Origin: Balanoglossus misakiensis | Lineage: Eukaryota > Animalia > Hemichordata | Assembly (NCBI GenBank): GCA_040954595.2 | Contig: CM082597.2 | Span: 248,001 to 312,000, forward strand | Reading direction: 5' to 3' | DNA length: 64,000 nucleotides | Shown: positions 38,262 to 51,900 of the stretch, piece after piece | How positions within the stretch are numbered: the first letter of the stretch is position 1 | Layout: every line of letters starts with the position of its first letter | The notes under the pieces: generated by a model | Database searches by the model: none | What the model was told of the DNA's origin: nothing | Seen by the model: the letters and a program-made list of their open reading frames with translations, nothing else | Translations under genes and position numbers: made by a program

Positions 38262-41200
38262 TCACTTTCCCGGATCGCGCGTTTGGTTATCTAGACGCTG
38301 TAAAATCTTGGAAACTGTCTTGCTCAGTTGAGTTATATTGTTGCTGACGTCATATCTGTTTTAATTGGGAAAAATTAAATATATAGGCTATCATCTCTGC
38401 ATAATTACTATAGAAAATACAGATCTAGCCTATTGCAGATTTTCGTTCAAGTACTATGGGCCATGCAAAATTAAGTTCAGTTTCAGTCTGGCAAGTTGCC
38501 AGTTCACAGAAAATCAATTCAACATTTTAAAGAAAATACCTGAAACTTGATAGTTCCTGCTTGAGTATCATGACGTCATTTTGAGTGACAGCTTTACTGA
38601 CTTCTTCTTCGTCGTCATAGCCATCACTTCTTTTGTCGGAGATGTAACGCAACATCAACTGACCTACAACAGACTATATTTGTGTCATGTGAGTATGATT
38701 GTTACACTTGATTTGTAGAAATGGCTAAAATCAGTCACCTACATCGTAAATATAACGGTTTGGTAAACACATGCAGTTGACTTAAAAAGAAGAAGCAAAT
38801 CCCATGTAAAAATACATGCTTATTATCAATGTCTCAAGAGATTGACTTGCCAGACACCGTGTTCTTCTGGGTAAACAGAGGAATGATTGGTATTAAAGAA
38901 AGATTGAACTGTGAACACCGTGAACACAGGGACATGCTTCTTCGATTTTAAGCTTCTTGGTTTTATCAACAAATACTTACTTCATATTCTGCTTGTAGTT
39001 CGGCAATCTTTGTAGAATTATCCTGAAATGTGAAAATTTAACAGGAGACTTAGTCACTGCTTTACAAAGAGTTTGTAATTTTAGTGCCTGTGCGTGAACG
39101 TTGATGGCAATTTACTTTGTTGGCGAATAGAGGAGTATTTCGATTTGGCATCTGTTTTCAAGCTCTGCATTCCTCCCATCTGTTGTGATATTTCGTTTCT
39201 TTGATGGATGATTTTATTGTCTTGTAAACCATTCTGTGATATGCTCGTACATGTATGTTACTTGACACAAAGTATGCTAATATTAAAATACATATCTGCC
39301 AAGTTATTCAATTAATGTTACATACTCGTTTGCTTTTCTTTCTTAAACATGATGTCTTGCAGCAGACGAGCTTCTTGATGGATTTGACAGTTGGAATGAT
39401 ATTAAATGGAGGAGAGAGTGTCGCACCCTCTTCGAAGTAACCAACCCACATCTGTGTACGATAGAACTTCCACTCGCGGTCAGCATTCTCCTAGAGGAAA
39501 CAAATAAATAAACAAACCCGTTTATTTCGTCTGATTATCTTGACACACTACATTCCATTGGTTTTTCTCTTTCTGTCGTTTCAGTCTCCACTGTAAGCCA
39601 AACACTGATGTATGGCAGTTGTTATAAACACTATATATATTATGTGCGACATTACAACGAGATAAATTCTGAAAAAAGGTTTAGATTCACAGATGGAATA
39701 CTGGAAACGATGACATTTCTATACACTTGAAGAAAATAATGTAGGCCATGGCATCTGAATGATACATACCTCTACACGAGTGTACGTGTTACTCATCATA
39801 GCAATTAATGCATTTAACAATATAATAATTGCCAATCCATGGTACAGGGCGAATGCAAACTCGCCTGTGTTTACGATGACGTCATGATCAGCGTCTACTC
39901 CTAACACTTCGAGGTCAATAAGACCAAATAATGACCAGAACAAGGTTCGCATGGTCATTAACAACCTATGGAGGAGAAGATAAAATGTGATTTAACTTGG
40001 AGAGAGTCAGAGAGACAGACAGACAGACAAATATTCGCAAACACCAGGTACGCACACACACACTCACACACATATTGGTATACACTAGTAATTTCATCGA
40101 TTTACTGGCTTCTACATTTCTAATTATTTCATGCTTAAATAGATTTTTCTAAACTCACCCGTCGAAAGGGTTGGTACATTGCCATTTCTGGTGAATTTCT
40201 TCGGCCGACAGTGCAATGATGCAATGGTAGGAAGAATCACTGGCGTAGAATTTGTAGAGTTGAGTTAGACCAATCGCAAAAGCAAGCAACATTAGGAAAA
40301 ATATCACTATGAATTTAGCTATATCATAAAACATGCCCCAAAGTGAAATCTGCAAGGGCCCAACATGACGGTTAATGACAGCAATGTTTAGTAAACGAAG
40401 AAAGCTGATAATATTAGCCATAGCAAACATAGCCTCAGCTATTATGTTCGGATCATTGCCAGGCCAATCCATGCGTGTTTTGATTTCCGGTTTCGCGAGA
40501 GAGTAGAGCTTTAAAATGTCAAAATATAGGAAGGTGGTGAAATTTCGAACGCCTTTTGGGTCATTTGTCCAGGTGAGGTTTTTGGTGTTACTTTGAACAA
40601 AACCAAGTACGTCCTGAAAGATTATCTTAGAAGCTGTTGTGTTAAACCATTCTGAATCATCTGGTTCTACTTTCGCTGGAGCTGATCTCTGAAAAATCAA
40701 AGAAAAATGTCACGTGAAGATGTGTGGAGTGAGTTACTACAATCATTATGATGCTCTCCAGATATAACACTGGAAATAGGTCAAGTATTTCGAAAATAGT
40801 AAGCCCACCCTGCCCCTACATGTGGCCATAAATCAATCAATCTCTAAGTTGACTTACAGCTCTGATGATTGCGTAGAACAGGAAGATGTAGGATATCCAA
40901 TAGAGTAAAAGTTGAATGATATCCAGAATATTCCAGGAATCACTACAATATTCACGCATCCCGCCAGACCATATTTCTTTGATCTCTCGCCATGTCATAC
41001 CTAGCAATAAAAGTTTCATAAAAATGAGTATTCTATCATAAAGATAATGCTTTGACTTTTAGGTTAATGGTACACCATGCACTGTTTTTTGAAACTTAAT
41101 CAGAAAAACCAATCTTTAGAATATTATCAACTCACCCAAAATGAAAATTAACATGACGATTTCAACTTGAGTTGGATCACGACCACCGTCTGTATCAAGT

Positions 41201-43426
41201 AAGGTGAGGAATTTCTGTGCTTGTGAAGTATTGCTTTTAGATGTTGGTATAAAGGCAGCAAAACCAACATGCTGCCAAGTCTCTACTCGCAATATGACCA
41301 ATAGGATTAAGAAAAGGAAGGTTAGCAACGATGCCAGGTGCATCAGGAATTTCACGAACCTGCAAGGAAACAGATAATAGAAATTATATTATAAACATGC
41401 ATGATGTGATATCATTTTATATAATACTAAAGTGTTATAGTAAAGTAACATTATTGCTATCTTGAAAATCACAATACTTACGGAACATGAAGGAGATTGT
41501 TGAGTTTCTTGAAAGGCCATACGATGTACACAAGTGACAGAAACGGATATCCGAACAATATTGCCAATGTGAAAAGAGCTTTGTAGAGTTTTGTCCTGTC
41601 TTCCCAACCATCAAGACCATAAAACCAACGATTTGATATCAACTGCTGGCTGTTGGGGTGAGTCACAAACTGTGAATGTAAAACAGAAGATAATTTCATT
41701 CAGCAAGGTAAATATATAACAAGATATATCATTAAGAATTAGATCAGATACACAACTAATGAAAAGTTACCTTCTTCTGTTGATATTTGACGGCTTCCAG
41801 AGCTTTGTGTGGTTTAATAGTATCGATTGCTTCTGAACTTTTCCAGACATTCGGGCCGTGCGTTAACACCGTTGTAATTTCATATTCATTACGAGTGTGA
41901 CTGAGTAAGTCAGCGGCAAAGGTTTCGCAATCTTCTTGCAATTTCTCATACTCGGGTCCGAAATGAGACTCTTTCTTCGCCATCTTTTGTAGTTTCCGAC
42001 TTAGATGAAATGCGAGGCCAATTGGATCTTTACTTGTAAGGCATATATACGATTCGCTCGTCAATGCTTTGTATACATTCAATCTTTGAAGTGATCTTGA
42101 TAATCCAGGTTTTTCGTCAACTTTGTCCTCCTGCTCAGGAGCTTGTATACTGGCACCACTCTCCAACAAAATCTAAAAATATAAACAATAGTGTGAGTTT
42201 AATGTGAAAGACATACATGGTATCAGCCAGACCGTGCAACTTGCAGTCGCCAAATTCAAATGATAAAAAATACTTTTAAAACATGATAGTGTGACTACTT
42301 TACCTTACATATATCGTAGTTGTTACGATGGGCACCCAATATGATTGGCGTAACACCAGGTGGAAAATCCTCATTATCGCTACTACCATTGATTATGTCG
42401 GTTTCTTTATCCTGTAGTGAAACAAAAACCTCTTGAGAAAAATTCACAAAGTTGAGAATTTCTTTGACGGACTAATCATTATGATGAAAAGTTCTCTCGA
42501 GCTTTGACATTGGGTGGGTCACGTTCTTGGTGGATGATTTGATTTGAAACATTGGACAGCTCCACTCCAGCTGACATAAATACTTTTCATGTAAGACATA
42601 TCGCGGGTCCTGCCAGTAATGGCAGCTTCTTTGTAATAAATGTATGCCCTGAACAGCTGTTTTGCATCCTCATTAAACGGTTCATCTTCCAGTTGTTGCT
42701 GATCTGATTTCATTATCTGTTACGTGACACGCCCGATTAAAAAGTGACAACATGTCAAAAAGTCTGAGGGAACATATGCTTCTATCATAACTCTGATCTG
42801 ACGTATCTATACACAGTTAAACTGTCAAATTGTTTTAATCGCCTGATTTTATTATAGTCCTCCAACTACACATTCTGATCACGGAAGCGTCCATAAGATT
42901 TTAACTTGATGAATAAAAGTGTTACCTTTAGTGACAGCGCATGCTCGCACAGGAGTTCCACGGCTTTAACAAACCCGATATCCACGGCTCGTAGCAATGC
43001 GTTTCCAATCTGTACGTCATTTTGTAAGAGAATTCTTGTGATGTCTGCAATACCAACCATTATGACAACAATATATTAGAAATTAAAGGGGATACGTCTT
43101 GACATTTCTAACAATACTTTCATCAATATTACGTCATTATCACATTACCTAATTCATGTCCAGAAATGCAGAAATCTACACAATTGAAATAGAAACAAAC
43201 TCAGGTTAATCTGCTGAACTCATATCTTACCTATATGCCTATTGATAATGGCTATTTCCATTGCATTTTTACCATTAGCGTCTTTCACATTTTTGTTAAA
43301 GTTTTCAGCTTCTTTCAGACAATCTTTGACAGCGGTAAGATCACTTCTTTCTACGGCGTCAAGATACACTTTCTCTTGCTCTGATATCTCTACATCCACT
43401 TGACGACGAGATTCGTCTGCCATCAT
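38262..43426 (-). CDS. TRPC-family cation channel, paralogue B; ~846 aa, 13 exons
   Basis: Exons 43426-43231, 43044-42926, 42411-42304, 42172-41771, 41669-41482, 41359-41136, 41000-40858, 40688-40159, 39965-39770, 39490-39326, 39022-38981, 38673-38540 and 38355-38262 total 2541 nt. Motifs [88 protein letters not shown] and [11 protein letters not shown]. Confidence 0.92.
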
Positions 43427-44650
43427 TGATTCTTTAATCCACAAAAATGAAAAATAAAGAAGTCAGGTACATCAAACAATTTTAATACCATATATTACAA
43501 TCTCCATATCACATGGCTGAACGCAATGCCCTTTGCATGAAGAAATTAAATATGAGGCTTCGACCCAACTGTAAATGCCAGGCATAGCTCAGAGTTTTAT
43601 CGTGTTTTAATGTCCAAGGCACACATGTACACCTGTCAAATTCGATGATTAATTGTCTTGACGATACATGGACAGAATAAGTTCATACAATGTCGTAACC
43701 TACGTATAATTCATCAACCATGGAAGAGACTTTTTCATTAAAGCAATTATTAGAAAACTGCATACTGGTGCTTTGCTTTGTTCATGCATGTTTGAAAGTA
43801 GTCTAGGATCCAGACACCACACACCATAAAGACACACAGCCCTGCCATGTAGAGCTAGTATTTCACATAACATACTTGACCACCTCATAAAGGCGGCGAA
43901 ATTGTGCCATTGCAGTAAATAAGATGCGTCAGATAGATATATAAATGTCAGTGCATGACTCTGCGTTGCCAATATTTATGTTGAACTGTTTAAGGAGTCT
44001 TGACATACTTTGGGTCAGGGTATAAGTTTGTTTATCTTTACCCCTCTGGGAAGAATATAGTGAGTAAAATGATCGAAGAAAATGTCCATGTTCGCCCCAT
44101 GGGACATGAAATAACAAGTTAGATCATGGAAGTTATAGTTTTGGGGCAAAAAGTACCCAAAATAAGACTGCCTTCACAAAAACTTTTCAGGAAATACCAA
44201 ACATACCTGTCTGGACACGTTAATATGTCAAGTCCATGCAGCAAAGTTGTTCTTAACTGCCAGTATCAGTCAGACATGAGTTGGTAGCCTTGCTCGGGTT
44301 GGGAATGATCTCAGTTGAATGGCCTTCGGAGAGAGTGCAACGCCTGTGTGATGTTTTCGACTGACGAATCTGCTAGACTAACTGCCTGCCTGTCTGTCTG
44401 TCTTTATGTAAGTAGGCACAGTTTTAATTGAAATGGTGGACAATGGAATGCAAGACATCAAATGGCAGTCATAATTTTAACTGTCACTGAAGTTGGGCTG
44501 GCTTTATATGTTTGGTGAGCAGACAAGTAAGTAAATAAAAATGGACATAAATCACGAGCAATTTCAAATCGGAATTCAACCTTTGATTAGAAGTGATGAA
44601 TGCATTAAAGACAATTTTAACTGTCTGCCTGTCTGGCTGTGTTTGTGTCT

Positions 44651-44920
44651 GTATGTATGTATGTATGTATGTATGTATGTATGTATGTATGTATGTATGT
44701 ATGTATGTATGTATGTATCTATGTATCTATGTATGTTTGTATGTATGTATGTATGTATGTATGTATGTATGTATGTATGTATGTATGTATGTATGTATGT
44801 ATGTATGTATGTATGTATGTATGTATGTATGTATGTATGTATGTATGTACTGACAGTCGAATGAATGAATGAATGAATGAATGCACGAATGAATGAACAA
44901 ACGAACATATGAATGAATGT
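44651..44920. repeat. (TATG)~49 tetranucleotide microsatellite followed by (GAAT)n
   Basis: gtatgtat run 44651-44848 with few interruptions, then gaatgaat ~44859-44920. Source of the MYVC/HTYI ORFs. Confidence 0.97.
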
Positions 44921-45961
44921 TTCAATGTATATGTTGTGTTCAATTTGCATCACTGATAAATGAGAAAAACAATGTTATACGCTAATTAAGAAGTCAAATT
45001 AATTCAGGATTAGCAATTCTGTAACAATTCTCATGTACATTGAAGTGGAATAATTCATGGACGGAGAGGAAGGCTCATGAGAAGATATCACAACTTTGAC
45101 TTCTACGACAAACTCTTCAATTGGTGAATCTTCATCAAAGAAAATAACATGCCATGCAAGACGGCAACATTCTCTAACAAGGTAAATCAAGTTTTGGCAA
45201 CAAATAGATTCATAATATAAGTACAGTAACTCTCAGGAATTTATAGAATGTGTAAAATCTTTCGCACTCTTAAAAGACCGAATATTAAAAATAAAGTTAG
45301 ATTGATAGTCTTAGTGTTTTGTGCCTGTCCATACATAAGGCTGAATTTGCTAAAGATCAAATATATCTTCAATACTTGGTTCTCATTGGTCAACCATAGT
45401 CGTGTGACAAGTGCATAAAATATCTCGATGTCACTAAATCAAACAAGAATTGGAAATGAAGAATTACTTGAAAGTGGTTTTTCATTAATATATATTAGCC
45501 ATAATTCATATATAAAGTCCAAAATACCGTACATCTATCAGAATATTACAATGATATGGACTGCTATCACGATACTTTCATCAACAGAACACAAAAGTTC
45601 TGACCAAAAATATTTAGAGAACCATTGCAAATACTGCAACACTATATTACTATACATACCAATATTTCTCACATTACGCTGGATGACGACAAAATGCATG
45701 AAGCGCCCTCAAGGACTGAAGATACCGTATGTACATCAATAAAGCATGCAACATTATAACTTGATTGACAATTTATGAATGCTGGAGAAAAAATGGATAT
45801 TAAATTGGCTGCTATATACTCATTTTCACGGTATGAACTTTTCTAAAATTTTACGTACAGTACATGTAGATAATAATACACCATAGAAGAGATAAAGTTG
45901 TAAATGATGAAATGTGAGTGTTCAAAAAATGCAAGGCAGTATTTATTCCTTTTCCGGATGT

Positions 45962-48900
45962 TTAATTCCATGCTTGTTGCACTTTGTGGCTTTTCCCTTT
46001 GCATTCCGTTATTCCTGGGTTGTCCAAGCCCTTCTTAACACAAGTAGTGTCCTTCATCATCATCAGTAAGCAAAACAACATTCAATTAAAAAAGTATTAG
46101 AACCTGAAGTGGTTATCATTTATGCATAGCTGATATATGTCTTCTCTTTACGCTTGGCGACAATAGTCTCGTGCATAAATTCATAAATTCTCTTTCATCA
46201 ATTACGAATTTTCCCATCACTTCACGACTCATCAAGATAGCATCCTGCAAACATTTACTTTTCGACAGAAAATATTCCCGGTATGCATGCATGTTTGTCT
46301 GTGATATTGAGAGTAAACATGCAGTGGTCAAACATTATATATTTCAAAGTCAATGTTTGTTTCTTTGACTCGTAAATCTTTCGCCACTTTTCATCTGACT
46401 GTACCATTTCATTGTTACCGATGAGCAAATCAAGTCATGTCATGTCCGATATGAATTATTACTTGAATTAAGTGCAAAAGACTCAATATATATTTATTCG
46501 GGAGAATGTTTCTCAAATGATGAAATAACAAAAATTACCTGATGGAGACTAGAGGTCATTGTCTTAGAGTCAGAGGACGACGTATATGTCGAAGTTTTGA
46601 AGGTTAAGACTCCCCGTTTTTTGTTCCAAGCAACCTTAACTTCGTCATTCAAAACACAGTGAAAGATGAACACTGTAAAACCCTGTAAAAGAAAATAAGT
46701 CAATTATAAGAATTTGGAAGCACGAAAATAGCAGGGTTTGTGAGGATTTTGCGACACACAACATTTTGTAAGCATTGAACAAATCCAAAAAAGTGCAACG
46801 TCTTTAACTAGATGGTGCAAGCATTAACTGTACGTATCATTTAGTTCATTTCGTTGTCAATTAATTACAAACCCCTCATTATAAGAATAATTTTTTTGAA
46901 AACCACTCAGATTGTAGAGAGTACGTTCTTTCATCGATTTCACAGAAATTCCAAGAACTGTGGGGGAATGATGGGATGATATAAATGGAAGTCCTTGAAG
47001 AAGTCGTTAACAGAAACTGTCGTGACGGGCAAATTAAAAGTGTCTCGGTTTTCTCAAAAGGAAAAGTAATTGTCAAGTGTTCTCCTAGAAGACTAACTGA
47101 AGAGAAATGTTGTCGTGTATGAAGCCACATTTTGAAGTGACTAGGGAAAGAATTGTGAAATAAATGGTAACTTTGACTACCTGTGTTGAATTGAAGATCA
47201 CAAAGAGATACTGGAAAAAGATGGTGTGACGACTGAATGAGAAGACTCCAAACAACCATGTCAATCCAAGTATAGGTAGCAACATAACACCAGCTCGCAG
47301 ACCAGATCTAGAACATAAACCATACATGTATACGGGTGTTAACTTCAAACATGACATTTGAGGTATACATTGATGGAAACTCATGGAATGAGGGTGGAAT
47401 AAGGTTGTGGTTCCACCAATGACAGCCCCCCCCCCCCCTAAATAACTAAGCAAACGATAACAACAAGTCAAAAGTTTCAACAATAACAAAATAATGCAAA
47501 TGGTCATTACTTGATTTTCTCGACTTCTGTTTTCTTGGCAGTTGCTCGGATGGTCATAAAAGTTTTCATTACCACAATTAGGACAACGGTGTTCACCTGA
47601 AACAGATTGGGATGTAAAGATAGATGGGTGTTATTACGTCTTTTGGTAGTTTTATTTCCACATGTAAACTGGCATTGAGACATACTTACTGCTATGATCA
47701 GCAATGCAGGGCCTATGAAGGCAAATATGTGACCATCCTCATTTGAGAGCCAGCAACTGGAGGGGGAAAAAAGCAATAGTGTCTAGAACTGTGAAATGTA
47801 CTACGGCTTAATTAAAACTGAAACTAACAAAAGATTCAATAAAAACTAGGATGATACCATGTGATACCATATGACACATGGCCTTCATCACCACGGCGTC
47901 AGAATTTTAGTGGATATAATTTAATTGTTCATATTGTTGCTGTCAAAGATAACTTTAATTTCATCAGTTGCCATGGCATTGTCAATAACATTCACCCGTT
48001 TACCTCAAAAGGAACATCAAGGATATTAAAATTCAGTCCATGGGGAAATAATTTGCTCCCGGTTTTATAAATTTGTAAACATCAAATAATATCAGGATGT
48101 AACTGGCATGATGTCCAGGGTAATATACACTTACTATTTAGTTGTACCGTAATTCTCCAGTCCCATTGCCATGGAGACACCCACAATAAACAACGGCAGC
48201 AGGTACCCAATGCAGTAAAAAGACACCAGTCGATATCGGCCGTGACACATGTTTCGAACTTTAACATACAACTGAATTCCTTGAACTAACATCCAATGGA
48301 ATACAGCCAGATAGAAATAGTGCAACAATACAGCCACGACTTGACAGACAGTCTGCAAATACAAAATAATGATACAGGTATTAAAAGATAAACTTTAATA
48401 TCACTACTGTTGATTTACTGTTGCCATAGAAACACTAACCTGCTATGCATTATTTAAGAGTCATCTGATTGAAATGAGTGCCTGATGAATATTTCATGTT
48501 CTACATCAAAAATGTATTTTGTGTAAACTCTTCCAATCAATTACTTATGAACATGACTTTATTATCTTCATTTAGTAATTGCAGTTTTAGTTAACTGTCT
48601 GTGTTTAAATCACAAAAAGTAGGTAAAAACATTAGGACATTGGCATCATCACGAGAAAACAAATTGTTAATGAAAATGTATGCAGACAGACAGACATATG
48701 TACGTACATACATAAATACATTGATTTTAATACCTAATGTAAATGTGCATATCATTTTTACTTTCTCCATCATGAGATGTACGTACATACATAAATACAT
48801 TGATTTTAATACCTAATGTAAATGTGCATATCATTTTTACTTTCTCCATCATGAGATGTGAGAGTTTTAGCCATAAACTAGTTTTTGAGTATGCCTATGC

Positions 48901-51900
48901 AAAGGATAATTGCCATGTTGACCTACATTGTGGAGAGTTTTTCTCGGTATATCTTTAAATGGATACGATTAAAGTAGAATTAAGAGCCTGCCACTTGACG
49001 CACATAGTGACTGCAACGCAATTTAACTGAAAGTGACTGCTACTTACAAGTGGTTCTTCAAAACTCAATTATAAAGTACAATCCAGGTTCATTTTATTCC
49101 ACTGTGGAAATTCCATGCAGTGGTTGTTAATCATGACAAGTTGATGGAAATATCATTTGACTACTCTATTACACTTACTGAGATTTTCTGCTCAAAATTA
49201 CTAAACCAGCGCTCGCCACAACACTATTATCTCCAAAATTGAAAAGCCTATTTCAAAATTGATAAGTTCCCGACGCTATTTGTTCATCAAGAGTTTGAAT
49301 CTGTGGTGTAATATCTCATAATAAAGTGGGAGACATTTTTCCACAGCGAGGCTTCTAAAACTAACATGATGCTAAACGCCAGTCTAATGTGATTTGCCTG
49401 GATTTCAGTTTCTGATTCGCTGTGTGCCAGCAATGTATCTTTTTGATGACGTTAAAATAGCAGTGTTACTATAACAACAATGTGTCACTTGGAATTGTGA
49501 AATAACCATGACTGTGGACACGATAGGGAGTTTAGTCTTTCAGGCTTTGGTTTTCCGCAGCTTAGAGAATAGTCTACATAGCACAGACCAACTTTCAAAC
49601 TGAATATGTGTGTAACTGTATCATGCAATGTTGTAACTATGGATTAGCGGCAAGTAATAAATATTTCATTGGAATGGATCAAGTATCAAGGTACATTTAA
49701 TGCCATACCTGATTAAAAGTCGTTTCGATTCCGGCTAGAAATGTAATCTGTGCGGCGGCTAGTACTGCTGAGAGATTTAGCAGGATGAGAAATCGCTCAG
49801 ATCTTAATCTGAAATTAGGACAAAAATCATGAGAGTGAGAAGGTAATTATCGTATCACAAAATTTATGTGGAATCACGTACTGTTGGCCTATCTGCGCTA
49901 AAAGGAAGCAAGTGCATTATTAATGTTTTATGACGATCACGTAACTTCGCGGAAATGTAACACTTGTTACTAAAATATTCCTCTAAGCATATTTTATATA
50001 TTTAAGTAGGAAAAAAGGTGATGATAAATCAGTATCAGTTGTTGATGGCTATAATCTTTACTACACCAACAGAGATATGAAGTTCTCTTCTTTTTCATTA
50101 CAAATAACTAGACCAGACATTCAAGTCTTCAACACAGTAACTTAAATTGTCATTAACGCAAATACCATTGTTGACAATAGCCAACAGCTTGAAATCCCAA
50201 TGCATCGAGAACAAATACCACATCTTTATTCTTACCGGAAATAAATGATAGCCGTCAGCGTCAGTAGAATTCCCAAAATGCTAAGCGCCGAACCAATGTA
50301 GGTAAGAATACTAAGTACTGTGTTATGAACGCCAATGTTCTGTTAAAAGATTGTCACATGATCAGAAACTTGCAATCTGATTTGTATAGGAGTCTGCTCT
50401 ACAAGATGTTTATCCTAGCCACAGTAGAGAATGCATTAAATGGACAAGTGGCGTAATGATTTGGGAAGTTTTCTTGTGGTAATGATACTGTCTGTTGTCT
50501 CAATCTCAATATCCTTTCAGCAATGAAAACACCCAATCCGCATTAAAATGGAAAATAATGTTCTGGATTGGTCCACCATGGCCTCATGGAGGTCATATAA
50601 GATTAAGAGGCATCATTATATCACAAAAAATTGGAACAAGTGTGCCGAAACAATTACAAATGTATACGGGAATTTATTACACAGATGTGAGTGCACTTTT
50701 TTCCATAGATTCACACAGGCACTTGAATGTAGGTACATGATAAATGTGATTATGAACTTACGGATATATCCACAGGTAGCATCAATATCGCAAAATTGGT
50801 GAGATGAGACCAGCTACATTTCACAAAATTATCCGTGACGTCATCAACTCGTGAACCATGGGATGACCATTTTGGGACAGCTTCTCTGTGAATACAATAT
50901 AAAGAGAATGAATGTGTTCGTTTAATTCAGAGGACACAAAAGAATAAAAATTTCTAATATTCTGAATTCATGTTAATGAATAAAAGCTTTCACCTGTGTA
51001 CTACATTAAATCGCCATTCATAAGGGAAATTACACCTGTGGTGTTACCATGGTGATATCAAGTGATAGGACAATAGATGATTCTCTCTCCAAGTATGAAT
51101 CATGAATATTACTGGAGCTACATCCTTGAGAATTTAGCCCTCGAAGGAGGATAAACGAGATGCTCCCACTCCCAGAACGGATTTCTATGACGTACATGTG
51201 TATAAATGTTTGCCTCTGAAAGTCAAAAATCGCAGTTTCATTCTGCTCATTCACTATTCATTTCATTCCTGCTTATCTTATCTTATCTTATGTATTTGCG
51301 CAAAATTGACAACATCCGTTGGGTGTTTATACAGCAAACGATGTCTTTGGACTCTAGCAAGTGTGTTGCAAAATGGAAAGGTTACCAGCCAACAGAATGC
51401 ACTCCCATTTCAACCCCAGTTCCCTCTTTAGAGGTTCAACCTTACCATATAAAACACTACGGGTTTGGACTGAACTATGGTGGTGAAGGGTTAAGGCACT
51501 CTCTCAAAGTAATCGAGCGTTAAGAATCGTTTCAGTTAAGTGCCATCCTATTTGCACTGTGGTGATTAAACCACTGACATTATCTCTCTGCCCCCGATTC
51601 GCACTTAGTTCCGGTTGCTTAATGATCAGTCGCACAACGTCATCATTGAATCATTTTTGCTCCATTGACTGACAAAAATTATAACACAGTCATTTTCAAC
51701 CTTTGGAACACAAATTGAAATTTACAGAAGACGTATAAACTCACCCAAAGTCAATGTAAGCACAGTGTGGTCTTTCAGTCTGAAATGAAAGCATACATAG
51801 ATGGAGTTGAAAAATTTAACATATATTTGAAGTTATCATACAACATCACATGTCAGTGGGTGTCTTGCTCATTAAAGGGACCATTTTATCAGGTTCTATT

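Noticed and set aside
38167-38262. Possible frameshift truncating the TRPC-B C-terminus (another frame stays open to 38167)
   Set aside because: All conserved TRPC elements, including the coiled coil, precede the stop, and short open stretches are expected by chance. There are no grounds to call a pseudogene.
34544-39965. Gene conversion between the TRPC paralogues (identical S6 peptide [16 protein letters not shown])
   Set aside because: Synonymous positions differ extensively, which points to purifying selection rather than conversion.
44541-44953. MYVC/HTYI repeat ORFs
   Set aside because: They are translations of the (TATG)n microsatellite.
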